Source: Nitrososphaeria archaeon | GTDB taxonomy: Archaea > Thermoproteota > Nitrososphaeria > Geothermarchaeales > JDFR-13 | NCBI GenBank assembly: GCA_027000765.1 | Contig: JALTNJ010000208.1 | Location: 1-38,995, forward strand | DNA length: 38,995 nt | Direction of reading: 5' to 3' | In this document: in pieces, positions 17,071-25,423 of the stretch | Layout: every line of letters begins with the position of its first letter | How positions within the stretch are numbered: position 1 is the stretch's first letter | The notes under the pieces: generated by a model | What the model saw: the letters and a program-made list of their open reading frames with translations, nothing else | Database searches by the model: none | Told to the model about the DNA's origin: nothing | Program-made: the position numbers and the translations under genes

Positions 17071-19234
17071 ACGAAAAATTCAGTTGATAGTTAAAGAACC
17101 GTATCCTCGTGATATTGGTAGAGGCATAGCCCGTATACACCCCGTGGTATTTGAGAAACTGGGTATACGGGAGAGAGAAGCCATTTTAATAGAGAAAGAG
17201 AGGACTGGTGTTGCATGGGCTTTGTCGCTTCCTAGAGACGAGGCGCCTAATATCATTAGAATTGATAAGGATACTAGAAGAAGCATTGGAGTATCCCTTG
17301 ATGACCTTGTCTATATCTCACCTACAAAGATCACTGTAGCTAAGAAAGTCATGTTAATACCTACTGAAAAGCTGGATAATATAGATAAGAGCTTTGTGAA
17401 CATGATACACAATAAATTAATCGGTAGACCCTTGATTAAGGGTAATATAATAGCCATCCACTTATTTGGAAGCCCGTTATATCTTAAGGTAAAGACAACC
17501 ACCCCGAATGGGCCAGTGTATGTTACGGATAATACGAGAATCGTTATATCCACCGATGTTATTGGGAAGTTGGATGAGATAGAGATAAGATATGACGATA
17601 TCGGGGGATTGGATAGAGAAATAGAGAAAATACGTGAAATGGTTGAACTCCCACTTAAATATCCTGAATTGTTCAGAAGACTGGGTATAGATCCGCCTAA
17701 GGGAGTTATATTATATGGTCCACCTGGATGTGGAAAGACTTTACTAGCTAGGGCTGTAGCTACTGAGAGTGAGGCAAACTTTTTCGCAATAAATGGCCCT
17801 GAAATAACAAGCAAGTATTATGGTGAATCAGAGGCTAAGTTAAGAGAGATATTCCGAAAGGCGGAGGAAAATGCTCCGAGTATTATATTTATAGATGAGC
17901 TGGATTCAATAGCCCCTAAGAGAGAGGAGGTAAGTGGAGAGGCTGAGAAAAGGGTTGTTGCACAGCTATTAACTCTAATGGATGGATTGAAGGGAAGAGG
18001 CCAGATAATAGTTATTGGGGCGACCAATAGGATCGAGGCTGTTGATCCTGCACTTAGAAGACCCGGTAGATTCGATCGTGAGATTGAGATAAGGATACCT
18101 GATGAAAAGGGAAGGCTTGAGATACTTAAGATACATACACGTGGGATGCCACTACATTCTGATGTGGATCTACAGAGACTTGCAAACATAACATATGGCT
18201 ATACGGGGGCAGACATTCAAGCTCTATGTAGAGAAGCAGCTATGAAGGCTTTGAAGAGATACCTACCTCTTATTGAAAAGAATCTCGATGATAAGATACC
18301 AGAAGAGATACTCGAAAAGATGGTTGTTACTATGAAAGACTTCATGGACGCATATAAAGAGATAGTTCCCACTGCAATGCGTGAAGTAGAGATATCGATA
18401 CCCAAAGTATCTTGGAGCGATATTGGAGGTTTGGAGGAGGTAAAGAGACTTCTGAAGGAAACAGTTGAGTGGCCACTAAAATACCCAGAGAGATTTAAGA
18501 GGCTTGGTATAGAACCGCCAAGAGGCGTCTTATTATATGGACCTCCAGGTACAGGGAAGACTTTACTGGCTCAGGCTATTGCAAGTGAAACAAACATGAA
18601 TTTTATAGCGGTTAAGGGACCAGAGCTTTTAAGCAAATGGGTAGGGGAATCAGAGAAAGGAGTTAGGAAAGTATTTGCACGTGCTAGAAGTGCTGCACCG
18701 TCCATAATATTCTTTGACGAAATAGAGGCATTGATACCTGCAAGAGGACTCGACACCACTACAGTGACGGATAGGGTTATTAGTCAGTTCCTAACAGAAT
18801 TAGATGGGATAAATAGGCTCGAGGATGTAATTGTCATAGGTGCAACTAACAGGCCTGATTTAATCGATAGAGCATTATTAAGGCCTGGTAGAATGGATCT
18901 ACTTATTTATGTACCGCCTCCAGACAAGGAAGATCGGCTTGGCATCCTTAAAATCCATACCAGAAAGACTGCCCTAGGACCAGATGTGGATCTTGAGAGA
19001 ATTGCAGAGATGACTGAGTATTATTCTGGTGCAGACCTACATGCTTTAGTTAGGGAAGCAGCCATGAATGCTATAAGGAGAGACCCGAATGCAGAATATG
19101 TAACAATGGATGACTTCCTGATGGCATTGAGGAAGGTTAAGCCATCACTTGATGAGGGTGTAATCGAGTGGTATGCCAACTACTCTAGAAAGATGGAGAG
19201 TAAGAGGATGAATTTGCCTCCAGCCTTTGCATAA
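17066..19234 (+). CDS. cdc48: CDC48/VCP/p97-type AAA+ ATPase (two AAA domains)
   Basis: An N-domain is followed by two Walker A sites (GPPGCGKT and GPPGTGKT), two Walker B sites (IIFIDELD and IIFFDEIE) and SRH regions. About 722 aa from the ATG at 17066. Confidence 0.93.
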   Translation: MARKIQLIVKEPYPRDIGRGIARIHPVVFEKLGIREREAILIEKERTGVAWALSLPRDEAPNIIRIDKDTRRSIGVSLDDLVYISPTKITVAKKVMLIPTEKLDNIDKSFVNMIHNKLIGRPLIKGNIIAIHLFGSPLYLKVKTTTPNGPVYVTDNTRIVISTDVIGKLDEIEIRYDDIGGLDREIEKIREMVELPLKYPELFRRLGIDPPKGVILYGPPGCGKTLLARAVATESEANFFAINGPEITSKYYGESEAKLREIFRKAEENAPSIIFIDELDSIAPKREEVSGEAEKRVVAQLLTLMDGLKGRGQIIVIGATNRIEAVDPALRRPGRFDREIEIRIPDEKGRLEILKIHTRGMPLHSDVDLQRLANITYGYTGADIQALCREAAMKALKRYLPLIEKNLDDKIPEEILEKMVVTMKDFMDAYKEIVPTAMREVEISIPKVSWSDIGGLEEVKRLLKETVEWPLKYPERFKRLGIEPPRGVLLYGPPGTGKTLLAQAIASETNMNFIAVKGPELLSKWVGESEKGVRKVFARARSAAPSIIFFDEIEALIPARGLDTTTVTDRVISQFLTELDGINRLEDVIVIGATNRPDLIDRALLRPGRMDLLIYVPPPDKEDRLGILKIHTRKTALGPDVDLERIAEMTEYYSGADLHALVREAAMNAIRRDPNAEYVTMDDFLMALRKVKPSLDEGVIEWYANYSRKMESKRMNLPPAFA

Positions 19235-19235
19235 C

Positions 19236-19255
19236 GCCATTTCTCTTTCTCCCAA
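19236..19255 (+). repeat. Right arm of the 20-bp inverted repeat bracketing cdc48 (GCCATTTCTCTTTCTCCCAA)
   Basis: Exact reverse complement of 17051-17070. It starts 2 nt after the cdc48 TAA and is followed by T-rich tracts. Confidence 0.95.
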
Positions 19256-19340
19256 GTACCTTTTATGCATCTTTTTACTAGTTTCTATAGGAAAATCATA
19301 AGATATAAGATAGGAGATTAAAGTATTATTTTGAGATACT

Positions 19341-19571
19341 ATGAGGGATGGAGAAGAGATCTGGGAAAAGCACCCTGTATATAGTGTTGTATACGGTATC
19401 ATAAGGAAGGAGAAGAGCCTCACTTTTAACGAACTTGTTAATAAAGTTCAGGAGGAGAACCCAGATATTGGGGTAGAGAAAATAAGGGCGGCATTAGTTA
19501 AACTAGAGATATGGGATAAAATAGATGTTGTAACAAATGGTAAGGATACGCGGGTACTTCTGCGGGAGTGA
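19341..19571 (+). CDS. Small hypothetical protein, possible winged-helix fold, immediately upstream of fen1
   Basis: 76-aa ORF whose TGA abuts the fen1 ATG (GAGTGAATGGAC). The LTFNELVNKV...IRAALVKLE pattern is helix-turn-helix-like. I recognise no family. Confidence 0.4.
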   Translation: MRDGEEIWEKHPVYSVVYGIIRKEKSLTFNELVNKVQEENPDIGVEKIRAALVKLEIWDKIDVVTNGKDTRVLLRE

Positions 19572-20597
19572 ATGGACATGGGGGTAAACCTAAACCCCAT
19601 TATAAGTGAATATAAAAAGACGATTAAATTCAGCGACTTAGGAAATAAAGTGATTGCTATTGATGCATACAATACTATATACCAGTTTCTCACTACAATT
19701 AGAGACCACACTGGTAAGCCCTTGAGAGATAGAGAGGGGCGGGTTACTAGTCATTTAAGCGGGCTTTTTTATAGGAATATAAATCTTTTGAAGGAGAGAA
19801 TCAAACTTGTCTATGTATTTGATGGTCGGCCGCCTATTAGGAAACTTAAGGAGCTGGAGAGAAGAAAGGTAATTAAAAGAGAGAGTTTCCAGAAATATCT
19901 GGAGGCATTAGAGAGGAGAGATTTTGAGGAAGCCAGAAAATATGCTGCGATGGCGGCTACATTAGAGGATTATATGGTTGAGGATAGTAAGAAGCTTCTA
20001 GAACTATTAGGTATACCAATTGTACAGGCGCCTTCAGAGGGTGAGGCGCAGGCAAGCTATATGGCTATGAAGGGAGATGTCTGGGCTGTTGGTTCACAGG
20101 ATTATGACTCATTTCTATTTGGTGCCCCTAAAATCGTAAGGAATATTACTCTAACTGGGAAGATAAGATATCCTAGCAAAGGAATTGAAGTGAAGCTTGA
20201 GCCAGAACTTGTACGTTTAGAAGATGTTTTAAGGGGATTAGGATTAACAAGAGAGCAACTTGTTGACATAGGGATTCTTATTGGAACTGATTATAATGAG
20301 GGGGTTAAGGGAATAGGGCCTAAGAGAGCTTTAGAGTTGATTAAGACATATGGATCTATAGATAAGATTCCTGAAGCTAGACAATGGTTTTCCAATGGTG
20401 AGATTGAAGAGATAAGGAAATTGTTTTTAAGCCCAGAGGTTACAGACGATTATAAACTTGAGTTTAAGGATGTAGATTATGATGGAGTGGTAAAGTTCCT
20501 CTGTGATGAGCATGATTTCAGTGTGGCTAGGGTAACTAAGGCATTAGATGATTTGAAGAAAGTCACTAGCATAAAGAGTCTTGATCAATGGTTTTAG
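19572..20597 (+). CDS. fen: Flap endonuclease 1
   Basis: MGVNL...IAIDAYNTIYQFL N-domain, an I-domain SEGEAQASYM ... GSQDYDSFLFG, H3TH GTDYNEGVKGIGPKRA, and a C-terminal PIP-like SLDQWF. The start is the ATG at 19572 or 19578. Confidence 0.93.
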   Translation: MDMGVNLNPIISEYKKTIKFSDLGNKVIAIDAYNTIYQFLTTIRDHTGKPLRDREGRVTSHLSGLFYRNINLLKERIKLVYVFDGRPPIRKLKELERRKVIKRESFQKYLEALERRDFEEARKYAAMAATLEDYMVEDSKKLLELLGIPIVQAPSEGEAQASYMAMKGDVWAVGSQDYDSFLFGAPKIVRNITLTGKIRYPSKGIEVKLEPELVRLEDVLRGLGLTREQLVDIGILIGTDYNEGVKGIGPKRALELIKTYGSIDKIPEARQWFSNGEIEEIRKLFLSPEVTDDYKLEFKDVDYDGVVKFLCDEHDFSVARVTKALDDLKKVTSIKSLDQWF

Positions 20598-20615
20598 AGA
20601 TGAGACTGAGTAGCT

Positions 20616-21314
20616 ATGATAAATAAAGATGATTTTAAGAGAAGAAGAGAGCTTCTAGCTAAAAAACTGATGAATGAGGGAATCTTGAGAAGTGAAAGAT
20701 GTATAAATGCATTTCTACGAGTGCCACGAGAGAAGTTTGTGTGGAGAGGATATGAAAAAGATGCATATTACGACTCTCCTCTCCCGCTTGGTTCTACAGG
20801 CCAGACAATATCAGCCCCACATATGTGTGCATATCTCATTGAGGAACTTGAATTGAAGCCAGGTGATATTGTATTAGAGATAGGAGGAGGGAGCGGGTAT
20901 CAAGCGGCTTTGATAGCAGAATGTGTAGCTCCTAGTGATGAAGACCCATCAAAGTGGGGGCATGTATACACAATCGAAATAAATAAGGAACTAGCTGAGT
21001 TCGCCAGAAAAAACCTAGAGGAAACTGGATATAGTAATAGGGTAGACGTCCTATTAGGAGATGGATCATTGGGATATCCTCCATTAGAAGAGAAAGAGAG
21101 ATATGATAAGATACTTCTTACAGCAGCGGCACCTAAAATCCCTAGTCCCCTTATCAAGCAACTTAAGAGAGGAGGGATATTAATCGCCCCTGTGGGAAAA
21201 GGATTTTTCCAAGACCTTATTAAACTAATAAAAACTAAGGATGGGGACATAAAGAAGAAATACTTGATAAAAGTGGCTTTTGTGCCTCTCAGAGGTGCAT
21301 ATGGATGGAAATAA
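20616..21314 (+). CDS. pcm: Protein-L-isoaspartate O-methyltransferase
   Basis: QTISAPHMCAYLIE and VLEIGGGSGYQAALIAE motifs. Length is 232 aa. Confidence 0.9.
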   Translation: MINKDDFKRRRELLAKKLMNEGILRSERCINAFLRVPREKFVWRGYEKDAYYDSPLPLGSTGQTISAPHMCAYLIEELELKPGDIVLEIGGGSGYQAALIAECVAPSDEDPSKWGHVYTIEINKELAEFARKNLEETGYSNRVDVLLGDGSLGYPPLEEKERYDKILLTAAAPKIPSPLIKQLKRGGILIAPVGKGFFQDLIKLIKTKDGDIKKKYLIKVAFVPLRGAYGWK

Positions 21315-21736
21315 CTTTCTATGCATATGGCCATCCTAATATAAAAGCAACTCATAGAACTACACTAGAGATAACTAAAGATGATTTTCTGACACCTAGG
21401 GGAACTTGCATAGTCGGTATAAAATCTGAGATAGCGTGTTTCGACATTCCAGAGACGATGAAAAAGGAGATGAGAAATAGCGAGACGAAAATTATTATAG
21501 TGCTTGAGGTAGATGGGATAAGAGATGAAATAACAGCATATGGAGATGAGAGGCTGAGACTAGTATCACAGAACTCAATGGTGATACGTAAATCCACATA
21601 TATAGATGATAGAACTCTAGCCGTAAGAGCCGATAAGGCTGCTAAAGATATTAATAGAGAAATAGTAAAGAAGCTTACCGATCCAAATAAGAGAGTCACT
21701 ATAACCTTGAAAGTCGTGAATCCAAACATATTCTAG
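21305..21736 (+). CDS. DUF371-family protein (COG2090-like, function unknown)
   Basis: The YAYGHPNIKATHRTTLEITKDDFLTPRGTCIVGI N-terminus is characteristic of DUF371. Its ATG overlaps the pcm stop (ATGGATGGAAATAA). Confidence 0.65.
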   Translation: MEITFYAYGHPNIKATHRTTLEITKDDFLTPRGTCIVGIKSEIACFDIPETMKKEMRNSETKIIIVLEVDGIRDEITAYGDERLRLVSQNSMVIRKSTYIDDRTLAVRADKAAKDINREIVKKLTDPNKRVTITLKVVNPNIF

Positions 21737-21767
21737 AAAGGAAAGCGATATATTTATTGGGGAGAGA

Positions 21768-22607
21768 ATGAGTAGAGATAGGCTAGGAGAATTCTATGGT
21801 TTAAATATATGGCCTATGGATCCAGATACGGAAGCGGGAAGGACCAGGTTCAAGGAAGCTATAGAAAAATTCACGAAACTAACGGGACATGAGTTTTTCA
21901 AAGAGGTACTGTCAAAAAATAATAAAATAAAGATATTAGAGGTATGTGGAGGAAGCGGTATAGGGGGATGTGCACTAGCTAAAGTTCTCGAGAAGAATGG
22001 AATAGAAGTATCCTTATGTGTAACAGATATAAGAGAAGGGGATTTAGAGAAGGCAATTAAGTGGATAGAGGGGAGTAAAGGAATTGAATTGAAAACGAAA
22101 GAGATGGATGCAGTTGATATAGACAAACTTGAGGAGAGGTTTGACATTATATTAATGTATGGACTCTCAACACCTCATTTCAGCCCATGGGAAATGGTAC
22201 GGTTTTTAGCTGCCTCAGGCGCTATACTTAGTGAGAGGGGAATCCTCATAATAGAGGAGGCGGATAGACGGTTCTTCATATTTTATTTGGTTAAATATAA
22301 GGATCTTATAACTGGCAAGACACTTGATAATAAGATATACATGGATATACATACTGGATATGACCCTATTCGAGGAGTATTTAAAAGAACATATTCTGTT
22401 ATTCCAGGGCCTACAAAGCTAGTTGATATGGAGAGTTATTTATGGGGTGTTGCTGAGATGGCAACATTTATATGGTTGTTCTTTGAGGATGTGGATATTG
22501 TAAAACAAGATCATAGGAACTACTTTGTACTTGGTATAAGACCTAGAAAAAAATTAGTTCCTAGTGACTTGAAAACGATGCCTAAGACTCTAATGAAAAA
22601 CAAATAG
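21768..22607 (+). CDS. Class I SAM-dependent methyltransferase, substrate unknown
   Basis: Motif I ILEVCGGSGIGG, an acidic residue at the end of beta2 (VTDI), and post-I FDIILMYG. A C-terminal domain of about 120 aa is unassigned. Confidence 0.65.
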   Translation: MSRDRLGEFYGLNIWPMDPDTEAGRTRFKEAIEKFTKLTGHEFFKEVLSKNNKIKILEVCGGSGIGGCALAKVLEKNGIEVSLCVTDIREGDLEKAIKWIEGSKGIELKTKEMDAVDIDKLEERFDIILMYGLSTPHFSPWEMVRFLAASGAILSERGILIIEEADRRFFIFYLVKYKDLITGKTLDNKIYMDIHTGYDPIRGVFKRTYSVIPGPTKLVDMESYLWGVAEMATFIWLFFEDVDIVKQDHRNYFVLGIRPRKKLVPSDLKTMPKTLMKNK

Positions 22608-22621
22608 AAATTCATTTGAAT

Positions 22622-23440
22622 TTATTTCTTCATCTTCTTAAATACCATGTTTAACGGACTTAACGTAGGTAAAAATGTATCCAGCATATCTAGGCTTCTA
22701 AAAGCATCAATAAAACTCCACCCTGCAGACTCCGCCATCTCAATCACTTCATGAATAGAGTAGAGTCGTAACTTGATCTCGACTTTATCAATAAACTTTA
22801 GACTACCGTCTTCAAGCTTCTCATAGAATAGCCACCTTGTACTTGTATAGGATGATACATAATCGAAATCCGTTTTTTCGATAATGGCAAAATCTCCGTA
22901 GTCACTATAAAAGGGACCTCTGCATCCTAGAGAACGAAGATTAGTTATGAAGTCTCTATTTGCAGTGTTGACAAAAAGGAGATAACTGTCTTCAGAGGCT
23001 ATCTTCCAACACTTATATAAGATCTCCTTGTCCGTCTTCGAGTCATAATATCCAAGGATAGATGTCCATACACTAAGTATAACATCAAACTCATCTTCTT
23101 TAAACAACTTGTCTAGGGTTCTGACATCTCCTACATAGAAGTTTATGTCGGAGACATTATGTGTAGACATTTTTCTCTTGGCATCCTCTATGAAGGCGGG
23201 GGATATGTCGATGCCAGACAGGTTTTTAAAGCCTTTTTTAGCAAGATTTATCAGGATTCTCCCGTTTCCACATCCAATCTCCAGTATCCGTGATGATTTA
23301 GAAATACCATATTTCTTGAATAATCTCACCAGAGAATCCACATCTCTCTCAGCACGGTCCCACATGTTATCTAGTATTCTTAGGAAGAGATCGGACTTCT
23401 CAATAAATAAATCGTTAACCCAGCTATCTCCTTTCTCCAT
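22622..23440 (-). CDS. Class I SAM-dependent methyltransferase, substrate unknown
   Basis: Motif I ILEIGCGNGR, then GIDIS and FDVILSVW. It is convergent with the previous methyltransferase across a 14-bp spacer. Confidence 0.7.
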   Translation of the reverse strand: MEKGDSWVNDLFIEKSDLFLRILDNMWDRAERDVDSLVRLFKKYGISKSSRILEIGCGNGRILINLAKKGFKNLSGIDISPAFIEDAKRKMSTHNVSDINFYVGDVRTLDKLFKEDEFDVILSVWTSILGYYDSKTDKEILYKCWKIASEDSYLLFVNTANRDFITNLRSLGCRGPFYSDYGDFAIIEKTDFDYVSSYTSTRWLFYEKLEDGSLKFIDKVEIKLRLYSIHEVIEMAESAGWSFIDAFRSLDMLDTFLPTLSPLNMVFKKMKK

Positions 23441-23581
23441 AAAAATAATTATAACTCCAAAGAAAACTTATTGATTTTTCTATTTTGAAAGCTTTATAAT
23501 CAATACAAATGTTTAGAAAAACAACTGGTCAAATGTGGTCAGATAATTAATATTCCCAGAACATTTATAACATAATTTGAT

Positions 23582-24868
23582 GTGCAGACTAGGCCCCTGG
23601 CTTGGATGTCTATGGTGATAGCTGAGATGAGTAAACTAATCTGGAGGATCAAGGAGGAATTTGAGTTTGTCAAGGGAAATTTACTTGTGTTAATTGTATC
23701 ATGGGCTCTTTTTAACTTTGGTTTCATGATGGCTTTTCCGTTCGAGACGCCATATATTAGAGAGCTGGGGGCTTCACCATTTGTAATCGGTCTAATAGGC
23801 TCATTAGGGTATCTTGTCCTAACTATAGTTAGGATACCTGGGGCATATATTGCCGATAGATATGGACGGAAACAGATAATTGTCACAATGACATTCGCAG
23901 TTGCAATATCATATTTGTTCTACGCCCTCGCTCCAGACTGGAGATTTATCGTAATAGGTGCCGTGCTAGTTAATCTATGTTTAATTTATCAACCTGCATT
24001 AGAGGCGATTACAGCAGACTCTATTCCGCCTGAAAAACGCGGGATGGGGTTCGCGATGACTGGGGTAATTCCCAGTATACCGACTATAATTTCTCCGTTG
24101 ATCGCGGGATATATAATATCAACTTATGATATCGTCCTGGGGATGAGGATTGTATACATAATTATAGTTGGACTAAGTCTAGCCGCGGCGATGATAAGGC
24201 TTCTTTATCTAAGAGAGACTATAGAGAACCCACGGCCTCTTAAACCAAGTGAGTTAAAAACGGTATACAAAGAGTCTATAAAGTCGATTATTGAGGCGTG
24301 GAAAACTATCCCGAAGAACTTAAAGATACTTACTGTGATACTGATGATAAGCTCTTTTGAAGATCCTGTTTTTAGACAGTTTTCTGCGTTATACGTCCTT
24401 GATGTTATAGGTGCGACTGACTTTGAATGGGGCATTGCTATGACGGTACTTACACTGACAACCCTTTTGGTTGGGATACCGCTTGGTAAGGTTGTAGATC
24501 TCTTAGGTAGAAAGACAAGTATTATCCTCGCATATCTTATATTTATACCTTCGACCCTCGTCTTTATCTACGCTAGGAGCTTTATTGAACTCATTATAGT
24601 GATGGTGATATTTGGTTTTGGTTCAATGATGATAGGTCCTGCATTCCAAGCTCTAATTACGGATATGGTTCCAAAATCAAAGAGGGGGAGGATAATGGGA
24701 GTAATAGGATCATTGAACATTATTATGATGATACCAGCATCTGCTATAGCTGGGTTTTTATATGAATTTAACCCTGCATATCCATTTCAGTTGACAATAA
24801 TTCTAGGGATATTTACAAGCATAGTAGTATATCTATTTATCAAGGAGCCAGAAAAGAGAGAGGAATAG
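23582..24868 (+). CDS. MFS transporter
   Basis: About 12 hydrophobic segments and an MFS loop 2-3 motif ADRYGRKQ, with a second-half analogue DLLGRK. The ORF-track start is GTG; Met codons at 23606 and 23627 are alternatives. Confidence 0.8.
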   Translation: MQTRPLAWMSMVIAEMSKLIWRIKEEFEFVKGNLLVLIVSWALFNFGFMMAFPFETPYIRELGASPFVIGLIGSLGYLVLTIVRIPGAYIADRYGRKQIIVTMTFAVAISYLFYALAPDWRFIVIGAVLVNLCLIYQPALEAITADSIPPEKRGMGFAMTGVIPSIPTIISPLIAGYIISTYDIVLGMRIVYIIIVGLSLAAAMIRLLYLRETIENPRPLKPSELKTVYKESIKSIIEAWKTIPKNLKILTVILMISSFEDPVFRQFSALYVLDVIGATDFEWGIAMTVLTLTTLLVGIPLGKVVDLLGRKTSIILAYLIFIPSTLVFIYARSFIELIIVMVIFGFGSMMIGPAFQALITDMVPKSKRGRIMGVIGSLNIIMMIPASAIAGFLYEFNPAYPFQLTIILGIFTSIVVYLFIKEPEKREE

Positions 24869-24945
24869 TAATTTCTTGCTCTTAATCTATTAGATAACTA
24901 AATTTTAGTACTATGTTATTTTAAATTATGAATGGTGATAGTAAA

Positions 24946-25089
24946 ATGGCAATTGACCCTGTGTGTGGAATGACTGTCGACGAGAAGGCGGTGAAGTATA
25001 AGGCAGAGTACAATGATAAGATATACTATTTTTGCTGTGAAATGTGCTATAAAGCATTCTTAAAAGATCCTTCCAAATACATTAAATAG
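24946..25089 (+). CDS. Small TRASH/YHS-domain metal-binding protein (CopT-like) 1
   Basis: My own translation: MAIDPVCGMTVDEKAVKYKAEYNDKIYYFCCEMCYKAFLKDPSKYIK. This fits the YHS/TRASH pattern DPVCGM...YYFC..C. GGTGAT lies 8 nt upstream of the ATG. An in-frame ATG at 24928 is an alternative start. It is below the ORF-track size cutoff. Confidence 0.7.
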   Translation: MAIDPVCGMTVDEKAVKYKAEYNDKIYYFCCEMCYKAFLKDPSKYIK

Positions 25090-25203
25090 ACTAAAAAAGC
25101 AATTACTATGTACGGGCACGGATATGCAGAGAGTCATTATCATAGTGGAAAAAATAAAAGTCATATTTCTTTCCTTACTATAAAAGAAATGAGGTGTTAA
25201 ATT

Positions 25204-25383
25204 GTGGCGAAATGTCCAGTATGCGGAATGGCTGTTGAAGAGAGTGAGAGTACGTTGAAGACTGAGCATATGGGTAAGGTCTTTTACTTCTGTTCAGAGG
25301 GTTGTAAATCTGAATTCGAAAAGAACCCTCATAAGTACATGGAGAGTGGACATAAGCAGCATTTCCATAGCCGTTGTTGCTAA
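25204..25383 (+). CDS. Small TRASH/YHS-domain metal-binding protein (CopT-like) 2 with His/Cys-rich tail
   Basis: My own translation from the GTG at 25204: (M)AKCPVCGMAVEESESTLKTEHMGKVFYFCSEGCKSEFEKNPHKYMESGHKQHFHSRCC. GAGGTG lies 7 nt upstream. It is directly upstream of copA. Confidence 0.65.
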   Translation: MAKCPVCGMAVEESESTLKTEHMGKVFYFCSEGCKSEFEKNPHKYMESGHKQHFHSRCC

Positions 25384-25423
25384 ACAACATATCCCCACAT
25401 TTCTTTTTTTAGGGTGATGGAAC

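Noticed and set aside
17051-19255. The inverted repeat flanking cdc48 read as terminal inverted repeats of a mobile element or an invertible segment.
   Set aside because: The cargo is a single essential housekeeping gene, with no transposase or recombinase. There is no target-site duplication (flanks are ...AATATTA and GTACCTT...). One arm overlaps the start codon. An RNA-level or initiation-region-duplication explanation fits better.
24885-24909. Two short A/T-rich palindromes upstream of the first TRASH gene: ATCTA-T-TAGAT (24885-24895) and ACTAAA-T-TTTAGT (24897-24909), considered as possible CopR operators.
   Set aside because: The arms are only 5-6 bp and lie in very A/T-rich promoter DNA, so they are expected by chance. 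There is no similarity to the repeat in the copR leader. They are not strong enough to call.
25108-25200. The His-rich 30-aa mini-ORF between the two TRASH genes, considered as an independent gene.
   Set aside because: It has no Shine-Dalgarno-like element, unlike its three neighbours, and it is very short. It is kept only as part of the cop-locus finding (possible decayed or read-through N-terminal extension), not as a feature.
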